A stretch of 64,000 nt of DNA, taken from Catajapyx aquilonaris (lineage: Eukaryota). A program made the position numbers and the translations under genes. Positions 24,601 to 36,600 of the stretch are shown in pieces. The notes beneath the pieces were generated by a model that was not told the DNA's origin, did not search any database, and saw only the letters and a program-made list of their open reading frames with translations. The DNA is taken from the NCBI GenBank assembly GCA_000934665.2, contig JYFJ02001209.1, forward strand, positions 1 to 64,000, read 5' to 3'. Position 1 is the first letter of the stretch, and each line of letters begins with the position of its first letter.

Positions 24601-27600
24601 AATTCTCCAACTGATGGCAGCATTAGCAATCAATAAATATTACATCCATGCTCTACCATGATAATCTACAGTGCTCATCCATTTTGCATACGCAACAACA
24701 AACCTAGATAATGATTTTGTAAAAATTTAAGTGCAGAAATTTTGATTACTAAATGCAGGTGCAACATGCATACAATACTCATTTCTTAGATTTCCCAGAC
24801 TTCAAAACCAGCTGCTATGAGCTGTACTTTAGCATTATTAGTTTAGACTTGTACTAAGAACAGATTTGGTAGACTCACAAGAAGAGGGCAAAGCCCCTCA
24901 ACAACATTATCCTGCCATCAACACACGCCAATCTGAAAAGAGTTGGTGTGAGGCTGCAGGTTGATGCTCACCTGCCCCAGGTTGGCCGGAAGGGACGTGG
25001 CGAGCCCGTGGATCTTAAACTTGGTGCCCCAGATATTAGAGGTGACCTCAACCAATCGGTCACACTGCATACCAGCAGCAGCAGCGGGAGCATCGGGGCG
25101 GCAATGGTTAGAATCACGACTGAGTGACGCTCCACCGCCACCCGTCCTCACCTCGGGTAGTGTATCAATGTAGGCCAGTTCCCCAACCTCGCTGCCTGCC
25201 TCTGAAGCAGCAGCCGCCGCAGCTGCAGCCGCAGCCGCAGCCGCCTGGGCTGCTGCTCTAGCCTTGCGACGGTTGTACTTTCGCCGCTGCATTCGAGGGC
25301 TGCCACACGAGTCCTCACACTCCGAGTCAGAGCTGTCCGTCAGGTTGCCATTGTGGTACACGATGTTCTTCCCATTATCCCCAGTGCTGTCACTCAGAAG
25401 AGGCTTGTCTGAAAAGGCAGGCGATAATGATTATGGTTTGCAAAAAATATCCTTCTGTATTATAATAATCGATTGTGATACTGCGCAAAAAATAATCTCA
25501 CCGTCCACTTGTGGATCAAAGATGACAAACTCTGGGCGGATCTTACTGGTCCTCTTCCCCTTGAGAAGTGGCACCAACCCCCCAAGATACTCCAGGTACA
25601 GGGTGTAACAGCTGCCAGGACTCAAGTGGCTCTCCTCATCATGGCGGATCATGGTACAGTGCAGGCGGACACTGCCTGTGGGTGGACGGCTCACAAATTC
25701 ACGCAGCTGGGATGGATCTGGCACACCACACTGTCAAAAAGGCACAGGTAACAAAATAATATTGAATTTCTCTCAAATGCACCAAGTGCCCCGGGACACC
25801 ATTCTCACCCTGATCGTTTGAGCAAAGAGGCTACAGATGAGACCCTTGATCCGGCAGGGCAGAGGCAGGGGGGTGATCTGAGCCTCATTCCTCAGCATGC
25901 GATGGATCTGCAGACGGCACAGGAACTGCAGGGAAGCGATCTTGCGGGACACCCATGCTATATGGATCTGGCATCCTGTGGCCACAAACAGGCGCTTGTC
26001 GTTGTGACCCCATGTCAGAGCAGTCACAGGGGACTGAAAAGTTCCCTGCTCTATCAACTGAGTTCCAAGTCTACTTAGAGCAGTGGACCTACTTCATTTT
26101 ATTTATTACTAAAGGCCTGGCTTAAACCAACAATACAAAAAAAAATGGGTAACTACAGAAAAGTGATTTTAAAATGATAATGGCGAGAAAGGGCTGCACC
26201 AAAATTTCAACATGAATAGAGGTATGAGAGGTGAGAACTTGTTTTCCCATTATCCCTTCCGCCACAACGCCCAATTAGTACGTAATGAGAAGTCACTTCT
26301 TTCTCTAATCATCTAATAGGTTAAACAAAGTTAGGAAAAATAAATGGGAAAGTACTGCAGCCAATTAGGAAATGGGAAGAAATTGGATTAATCAATTTCC
26401 AGGTCTGTGAAGGGACGGCATGACATGGTGATTGATTAAAGGACTGACGCAGGAGGCAGGACCATCACCTCTCCCTTTAACTGCGACTAACCTGTGAGTA
26501 GGCAATGTCGACCGTGGACAAAAGCACACCCATTTCCGTATAAAACTTGAGAATGTTAGTGTACTCTGGCTTTTCCCCAAGAAGGAGAGAACCAGCCACA
26601 GCCAGCAGTTCCCCTGAGTTGCTCCACTCCATGCACAGCGCCTGCAGATCAGTCTCAATGCGAACAGGTGAGACATCGTCATAGTTCTTCATGAGGTAAA
26701 TCACTCCATTCTTGAAACTCACGGCCATGATAAAGGAGCGATTGTCTGCTAAAGTACGCAATGCTCATGTTTACTTTCCCTTGTCACTTCAAAATAATAC
26801 GTTTCCACTAACCTGCAACATAGTTCTGGCTAGAACTGCCTTCCGCTTCTTCATTCTCTTCCATCTTGAACTTCTCACAGCTCCAGGACATTCCGGTGAT
26901 ACCCATGTCCTCCCCCAACTGGACCTGCGACACCATCGCTCCATGGACATCCATCACTATTATCTGACCACTGCTAGTACCAAAATATACCTAAAAATGC
27001 AATGTTTGCATTAACATCTAATCTGGCATGAGAAAAATCAAGAGCTTCCAATTTCACCCATGATTGCTCAGAATATTTGCTGCTTTAAAATGCATTTGTC
27101 ATGAATTCACCTACCTGTTGGTCATCTGGAGTCCATATGCCACACATTATTGTCGATTCCAGATTCAACATGGAAGACCAGTATCTCTGCCCAGCAACAG
27201 AACCAACCAGAACAAATCCATCCTACATGTGAACGTTGATGTTAGTGACAGAAACCCAGAGTGTAAAGGCTCATTCACACAGGCCGTCGACGGTTTTGGT
27301 TTTTGGTCGCGTTGACCCTGCGGACCAATCATGACCCATGTAAACAAGCTCTAAACAATGGGTTGTGCTTGTTTACATGGGTCATGATTGGTCCGCAGGG
27401 TCAACGCGACCAAAAACCAAAACCGTCGACGGCCTGTGTGAATGGGCCTCAAAAATTATTATTAGCCTACAATGATTATTATTGCAATAAATACCAGTAC
27501 CTGATAGCAAATAAGGGCCATCCTTCCATCATGAGACCATGAAAAATAAGTGACTGGTGTGTTTCTGTCGTTGATCAGCTCGATGCTCCACCTGCCTTCG

Positions 27601-30600
27601 TACTTGATCCACACAAATATTATTCCGGAGCTGTCGCACGATGCCAGTTTCTGGTATGGCTCGTTCCATTTCACCAGTGTCACCTGAAATGACGAAAGAA
27701 AACATATCAGTTGTAAAAAAAAAAGTTTTATAACACATGCCACATAATAGTCCTAAAATGCAACAGAATCAACACATCATGATATTAAACTTCAGACTTG
27801 ACTGGCACATGCCAGAAGATTGCATTTTATAAGCTAAGATGTCCCACTCCTTAAACCCAGACGTAAAGGTCATGTCAGAATTAACTTCAAAATACGTAAA
27901 GCCCCCTTACTTTGCAACTGAGCTTTTCATTTCTCCAAATGAAACTCCAGGTTCTTTATTATCATCGACCACCTTCATTTTAGATGCAAAAGGACCCTTT
28001 TTCTCCTTCTTACCTTATCAAAGCTTACCTTACACGAATTTACTGCCCTCTTGACCATCAGTTTAAACCATCCCAGTCATTGTTGAACAAAACTGTTTTC
28101 CATCCCCCACAATTTACTATCCATTCCCACAGCCAGTTCATACACATTTTTTTCCCTCGAAGAATACCTCTCCTTGCAAAAACCTGGTTTCTTTTTACAA
28201 CCCCATATAACACCGTTGAGCACATGACAAAAAAAGGTCGCGCAAATGTTCAATTTATTCTCCGAGCCATTTCCACCCAAATGAAAAGGCGATGGCGTCT
28301 TCTCCGCCTTTCTTATCTTTCCCCAACACTCTTCTCAAGACATGCCAGCCACAAATGAATAGCAAAACCAACTGATTTACACCTTCCGCCCTTAGATGGA
28401 ACAGAACACGCCTCCTCTTCAACTCTACACACAATTGATATGAACCAATTCATTCCACTATGCCCATTTTTTATTTAGTTTTTTTTATATTATTAATACC
28501 TGACTGTCATGGAAACTCCTCCAGCACCGTACGGCCTACAGCTTTGGGAGTGGTGTCAAAATTATGCCCGTGTTTTCAGTATTTGCAAATCACTTTTGTT
28601 TTTTGAAAACGGTGCCGAGGGACTTCGTAAAACGCATCACAACGCAACAAAACAAACGATCCGGTTCCACAAAATTCCCATTTCCGCCGTTCCAGGCGCC
28701 ACCTCCTGGAACGCGACTCGCTTACGTCTGCACTTCACCGTCGGAAGTCGCTTCGATGCTGCTGCCTCCACTTTCGCACTTTCGCCAAATTTTTTGCCGA
28801 ATTTTGGTAAATTGATGCCTAGTTTATTTTATTATATTAGTGCCCAAATGCGGTAAGGTTAGGTAATGATAAGTGACGGTTAATTTCCGTGTTGCACTGT
28901 AGGAATCGATCTATTCCGCCGCAGGTAATATTGAGAAAGGATTTGAGTTAATGTGACCGATTCTCCAATCCCTAAAGAGGAACATGACGTCGCACATCAG
29001 AAAAGGTCACCATCACGAGTGTTACATATTTATTTCATTTGCTTTCCTTTCGTCGGTGGGGCCTCGCACCCCCCGGTGTTGGGCTTCGACCCCTTCGTCA
29101 TGTTTTGCAGTTTTTGGTATGAAAACTATGGCAGAAGGCCATGCAAGCAAGGCTGGCTGGTGCAAGGGCATCGTGCAAGCAGCAACAGCAGCAGAGGCAG
29201 CATCGATCGCTGGGCGATATGCAGATGAAGGGGGCGGTTCTACGCAAGCAAAGTCCCATGCAGGAAGAGGATCCGTGTGAAACGCCTCTTACAAAAGGCC
29301 CCCTGGATCAACACAGATTACTTAGTCCCATCCTTTTCACACCATCTCCGATTCCTCATATGCAGATACTTACGCAACTATGCAGTATACTCAAATTGTG
29401 CAAAAAAAATATTGGCATCCGAAATATTATGCAACACCACAAATATTAGGCAATGAAGTCTGGAAAAAACAAACACAATTTTTTTTTACCCCCCCCCTCT
29501 TATCATCTTGCTTAAAAATATTACCCTTATAAAACAGGTTTTCAAAAGCAGGGCTTGCTCCAGCACCGTCATGCTCTGCTGAGGCGTGCTTATGGAATAG
29601 AAAATGAATGTTAAGCACCAGGCGCGCAGGAGCATGGAAATGATGGCATTACGGCCCTCACCCACTAAAGCCTTGCCATCAGTCTTCGTTTGCTCTCGGT
29701 GCAACCTTCGCATTACCTTCGATCATTCCATGAAAATCACTGTAATATCCCCTATGATCATCATACTCAATCATATACAACGTGCTACAATCTGACCAGA
29801 CGTATCCTGATGGTATGCAACCAACATACCTGATGGGCGCCTCTAAACAACAACAACTCAAGAAACAACACTTTCACACCCAAAAAACAACGAAATTAGC
29901 CCCCTATAAATTCCCTCCAGTTATCAAAAGCGCCTGTTTTAACTCTAATTCCAGTTGTTTTAGTGCCCTGAAATTCTGACGCTAATGGAGCAATGTGGTG
30001 GATTGTACCGACCATTTGTGCATGCAGGGCGTGGCTGGGTTGGGTGGTGGGGAGACTGGGGAGAGGTGGGGAGGGTAAAGGGTTAGGTGAGCATTCATGC
30101 TCCCTGAAACCCCCTGTCAGAGCAGTGCAATGCAGTTACTGCAGTATCATATGTCACGCATGGTCAGGAAGGTAAATCTGTGACATAATTTTCGATCCGG
30201 ATCACTACCCTGCGCCCTCTACAAAGTTGAGCTAAGTTTATTTCTGGAACCCTCAGATGTTCAGCCATTAAAATCAGGCTCGATTGAAGCCCATCGCCTC
30301 GTTACCAAGCCCTAATTACAAGCTACGGCACGAAACCACATTAATGCCGTTGCAAGCAAAAGTTAACAAGTGCTACTTTTTTGCCCAGTTATAAGTGCAC
30401 TTCTTTTATAAACTTCCTAGAAACAGATATCGACTCACGTTACGTAACTCTTTTTTTAATATAGCAAACTGGCGAGAAAAAAAAAGAAGTGCCATTTCCA
30501 GCATCTGAAGGATTTCCACTGCCCGCTAATGAAGTTTCGCAATATTAAGAACGGCAATGAGAAGCAGGGCTTGATTTTTCACTGTCAGCTTCTTTGCAAC

Positions 30601-33600
30601 TAAATGAAACTTTCATTTTGGGTTAATTGCATCCTTTGGAATCGAAAAGTCCATGAAGTTGACTCCCAGAAATTCATTTTATTTCATACATTGCATATCT
30701 CTTGCTCAAGCCATTGTAATATGCAAAATTATTTTTATTTTTGTTATTTATAATCCTCTCTAGGAGTTACGACCGCAGTCGACTCCCTTAATGCATCCTC
30801 GTCAAAAACAATGACGTCCACTGAATGGAATTCAACCGGCGTGAAGTCCCAGGGAATTCCCCGATACTTCTCCCAAAAGCAGAGGTTATTGGCCCGTCAT
30901 GAGACCGTACATGCAGGATTTCAATGGTAGTCGTGGGTAGTCTGCACCATTTCCAAATAATTTCCCTGCATTCCACGGCTCGTCCTATTCAAATGCAAGG
31001 AGGGGACCTTCTGGCAGTCCCCATGACTCGATTCCTATCTTGGATATGTATACGGTTAAGGCAAAAGGAGGAGGGGTATCATGCACCGGCTGCAGATTTG
31101 GGTAACGCCACGCCAGGCTTCTCGCAGTTCAAATATGCTGTGCTGGGTTTTATTGGAGTTTATCTAACCGGCCGTGAATTTACGAAGCGAGGGCAATATT
31201 GCCTTGGGTTCTGATAATGTCGCACATTCGCACAGCCTCGGGACTGCATTTCACAATTACGGGTTACAGACCTCTAGTTTTACATATAGTAAAGTCTGTA
31301 TGTGCGAGTGTGTGGATACTGTTGCAAATTGTTGCAATTAAACGTTATTGCAGAATTTTGCGAGCAATTTATAAAGCCAGTATACACTGTCGCAGTCTCT
31401 GGCTAAACTACACTATGAGTTACAGTACAGCTGGGAGTAAATACCACACAGAACGGCTTCGGATAAAAAAACATCAAAGCGACTACCGCATTTTTGCAAA
31501 GTCAAACACAATGTACTGTACATGGGAAAATAATGAGTGGAGCGTACAGTGCAGAAACAATATCTTGCGAAATATTTTACGGCTTCAATCCCATTAAACA
31601 ACTTCCAGTTAAACTAGTCGCACATATACGTACAGTGCTTGATAATGAGATTCGAAGCTCATTTTACTCCTCCATTCTTCTCACTTCTCAATCAAGCCCA
31701 TCGTTATTAGTCCCCGAGCAATTGACGTCACACCCTCCATGTATAGAGTAACATCAAACTGCGTCACGCAACATCTCCATTACTCCAACCCCCCAAAATG
31801 TTCTCAGCATCACGTATTGATAGCACCAATGCCGGTCCTCTCAAGACGCCCTAAGGGAGCCACAAAAAGCGTTCCTCCAGTACATTCCGCAATCTTCAAG
31901 AGCCTCGCATCAAAGTCCTTCCCGGAAATGCGATTTCAGTCTTCTGGTCTGGAGCCCTCCAAACTACCCCCTTTTAAAAAGAAGCAAGGTTCTCAGGCAA
32001 AATGGGCGTAAAGGATAGAACCTGTCGAGAAAGTGGCGTCTTCGGACAAGACGTCCCTTTTGGCCTTGACGCCAATACATATACGCCATAGATCGATATC
32101 GATTGGATGCGTCCCATAAGGAGCAGGCACATAGGGCAAGATTACCACAGAAACTAGCAACAAAGAACTATACGTACAAGAAGGCGTTTCATAGAGTATC
32201 ATGAGGGACAATACCTCAGACCTGTGTCCGCGGAGGTTGTAATTGGTACGGAGCGGAAGGTCAAAGTTCTTCTTGCAGTGGGAGGTGGTAAAGGTGACGC
32301 CCACGATTCCGCGGACATTTCCTGTGGCCAACCAGCCCTCCTGGTAGTAGTTGGTGCGGTTCAGCTTCCAACCCTCATCCTGCAATGAGAAAATTAAAAA
32401 TGACAGCGCTTTACTTTAAACTACAGATGCCGGCTAACGTGACCTTTTCAACACCGCCTCCGGAAACCCATATATTATGCATCACCTTGCAGTGTGTCTC
32501 TAATTCACTGGGATGGAGTCTCATATAGGCCTAGATTCTTCTCCAGTTCCAGCACTAGCCTTGTCCCAATTAGATCAATTGAACCTGGCCATTGCAAGCA
32601 ACAAAATTTTATAAAGGATACGCTTGCGCCATCTACTGAAGCGACCCACTTCCATATACAAATAAAGAACATCGTAAACTCGCAACAACTCCCGAGGCCA
32701 AACCTGCAGAAGTTACCCGGTGTTAAATTCCTCGAAACATATCCTTGTCAGCTACAACCAGACACATCCTTCAAACTCCAGCTTAGGTTTCCAGCCTGTG
32801 GCATGGCGTGGGTGGATAAAGAAGAAGGGTCAGTCTCCATTGATCTACTTCCTCTCATAATACTTCCAGACAGCCTCCTGTATCCGATGCCATTTTTGTA
32901 CAAAAACGCTTCAACAGGTCGCCCAAAAAAGAAGACCAAGAGACTCTCAAAAGCCTGGTCCCATTTTTTTTTCAACGACACTTTTCAAGGTTTCAAATAG
33001 TCTTCCTGGCGAAGGTGACCACTCAGCCGGGGTAAACTTTGCTCAGCAGCTATGTCAACAGTGCAATTCCGACCCTTTTTCTGGGTCCATAAGTTCCAAC
33101 TTTTAATGCTCTGTTGGACCTTCGGGCAACTTGGCGTCTGCAATGAGGTTGTAGACTCTGAAATATCTGCTACAGAGTTGATACGAAACCCTGACTATTT
33201 TTGCTATTTTTTTCTTTCAAATATTCGTCCAGAACGCCATTCCGCACTGGCTTGTTAATTCGTATATTTCCATGCCCTAAAAAGTGCGATTTGCGCCTTT
33301 GCGGTCAAACAGATACGCAAATTCATTCGGCGATGCTGACTGAAAGGGATATTGCCACGTGCGGTTGAATTACAAACAGGCTATATAGTCAATGAGCCTG
33401 GCGGGCTTATGAATAGTATCAAATCCTCCGCAGGCTACGAGCAGGCAAAAATGACTGGCATTGGGGATGTAGATGAGGGGGAGCCGTGCTCATTGAATAA
33501 TTTTCTATTCGCTGAGCAATACGTATCGATTGAATTAATTTCCGAGGGAAACCCCTAGTAATACAAGGTAGTTTTTAAAAGTGGGCCAGTATAGCTAGGA

Positions 33601-36600
33601 AGGGATTAAACACTCAGGGGAGGATTAAATCGATCTCCATCCGGCTCCCATGTGACCGCACGCCTGATTGAACCATGTGTAACAAACATAGCGCACGTCC
33701 GGAGGCATACTATTTACATAAATAATAAATTAGTATCATTGTAGTAAACCCTGGGGTCAGGGTAAATGACATCTGCAAGCAGACTGTCATTCGATATGAT
33801 GTACGGTCATCCTTGCGCTTAGGCAACCAATCAAGCTCCAGCGTCCAGGAGCCGCACTGTACTATGAGGCTCAAATTCTTTTGGCCACTTTATCCTGGTC
33901 TTGAAGCAACTCTTCACACACCCTCACCGTGGGGCCTGTGCGAAAGGTTGCTTCAAGACCAGGATAAAGTGGCCAAAAGAATTTGAGCCCCATATAATAC
34001 GTAAAATATATTCCAGACACACCCTTTATTTCAAAAACATTATCAAACACGTCCTTTTGTTAGCGTGATTGTTCCATAATTTTTCCGATGGTCAAAGTAA
34101 TTTACAAACACCGCAACCATAGGGAAATCAAGCCTGGTGACCTTTGAGCAAACAAGGTTCTACCCGTTTGTGCCAAAAATAGGCTAAGCCGGTGGTAAAT
34201 TAAACATCAGAATTTCAACTCCGGCGCAGTCCCCGCTTAATAATTTACAAACGGCCTATAAGTCCAGAAAATGGGGTTTGCACCTAGTGGCGAATGGTGC
34301 TGGGCCACTCGAACAATATCAACCGATTATTCCCTCCCGAACTGCAGTATATCCAGTCCAGAAACGTCCCAGACCCATCCAATTCCATTCCGGCCTCTGC
34401 AATCACACCACCTTGACTGGCTCAATTCAACTGTGAACACTGCACGGACGGACCCAAATCGGATTTTTCACAATTATCCTAGCCACCTTGAGCTGGGATC
34501 CAAAAAGAGATCCAAATTCTGATCTACTGTATTTTTCAGTAATAAGACCTCGACTCATCAACCTAATTAAGAAGGGGAGAAAATTTCGACCCGTTTACAT
34601 GTACCTCCGCAGTATAATGACGCCATATAATTCAGCGCTTTCTTCCATATATAGCGAAGTTCCTCGCGCAATACACATTGCATGATAACGCAGGCTGTGT
34701 CCATTGCGTGATACGACTCATTTTGTCGAGTGTGTTCATTATGTATCTACTTTGTCAGCAGCCCTCGCCTACTTAACACCGACTACTAACACGCTTACTG
34801 GTTAACTGCTGGGCGTTAGCACTCTTGTCGCTCAATTTAGATTTACCTAAAAGTGAATTAAACTCGTGTAATGTAGGAGTTCAACTGACTTCAGAATGTG
34901 TTTTTAAAAACATTTCCATGATTCCACAATACAAAAAATTATGTGGCAGGTAAAGTCACGTCGCAACAACAAACGAGGTGCATTACAGCCGACAATTGCA
35001 GCATGTTATTTGCACTTGAGGAAATCGTGCTATGCAGATTAGGAGCCGCGAAATGCTCCTGACGCTCTACGTTCCGAACGTTAATGCCAGGCACCGGCAG
35101 CAAATCACATGCAGTGAAACTCCATTAACGACGGTCGCTTCCTTTACAGGAACTGCTCATTTAAATGGACCAAAAGAGGACGAAAACAGGGCATAATACC
35201 CCCTCCCCTCCCCTCATCACTTTCCGCCCCCACCCTGTTCAAACTTACAGGTTTTCTCTATTCAGACTTTCTCTCTTTGGAAAGAACCCGAAGGATCTCA
35301 ACTTGGCCGTTAAAAGGATGCTCCCGAGGGCAATAAGTTACTTTCTTCCGAAAGTGCTTCTCGGTCCCCAATATTTCCACATTTTTCTCTTCAGTATGGT
35401 CTGATGCGCAATAATCCTATAGGTCACACCCTACTATTCAAAAGTAACGCAAAATAGGGATTTCCGAATATTTCACCGTGTGTGCATTGTCGTTCCCTAT
35501 ATACAGTATACATGGACCAAATATAACATTGCTTCGGATGAGATGTCATCGGGCGAAGTGTCATGTATATAGGCAGCATGTCCTGCACATTTCAGTGTTT
35601 ATACCCGTCAAAAGTTTAAAACTGCTGCGTCAAACGGTCAACTCCTGTGACACTATTTTCAATGTGTTCCGGAATGGTGGCGCAAGTTACCAGATGCCTG
35701 TCACAACATGACAGATTCGCTGTTTCCACACAGTCACATTCGCCATCAAAATAGTTATCAATTCAGTGTATGCAGGACGAGTCAGAACTGTAGTTGCACC
35801 TCTGAAATTGACCCACCCTGTTTTTGCTTCACTTGACTCATCCTCCAACCTGTCTATATCCTCCAATTTACCCCCAATAAACAACCGTGAGTGCCAGGAT
35901 CCCCGAATCCATGAGAAATAGAACCGCGCAAGGCCCGGGGTGATCGATCAGACACGTTTCGCCCCGCCTTACCCTGCAATGGGCTGGAGTGATGCCCTGC
36001 CTCTCCACACCATCCCATACACACTCAATCTCACGGATAAGTGCCTCCCAGAATAATCCTGCACCGGGCACCCATCGGTGACCACAACCGGTCAGCAATC
36101 AACCTGGACGATCCCTCGAGAGCATCTCTTTCCACGCACTCCTGCTCATTATTCATGCATGAATATTTGAATCCGGGGAGAGGTGGCGTGGGAATTGGGG
36201 ATGGGAAACTCCATTCCTACTTTGCATACTGTCAAATTCACGTGGATTCCATAGGCCATTTGTGGGGGGGTATTGAGCGACCTTCAGCTTTGCAGCTTTT
36301 AAAAAAAGTGAGGGTTGCACCAAAAGAAATGTGATGAACAATATCCTGACGTGCCATGGGGTGACGTCGTGATGTAAAAATAATACGGGACGCACGCACC
36401 ATGGTGCAACACGAGGACAGGGGCAAAGGTTTTACAGTAACCCTGACTTGTCTGAAAAAACTGGGTTCGATCTTTGCATATAGCCCTGCATGACATGGAC
36501 GTGGCAAATTCCATCAGTTGCTTCATCGTTGAGAAAAATGTCAGGATGGGTCCTATATAAAATGCAAAGAGAGAGAAAAACATTCAAATTGGGAAGAAAA

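Noticed and set aside
31800..32160. Weak resemblance to a decayed non-LTR reverse-transcriptase C-terminal region ([10 protein letters not shown]...)
   Set aside because: Too few residues, with stops and no catalytic motif; cannot be supported without a search.
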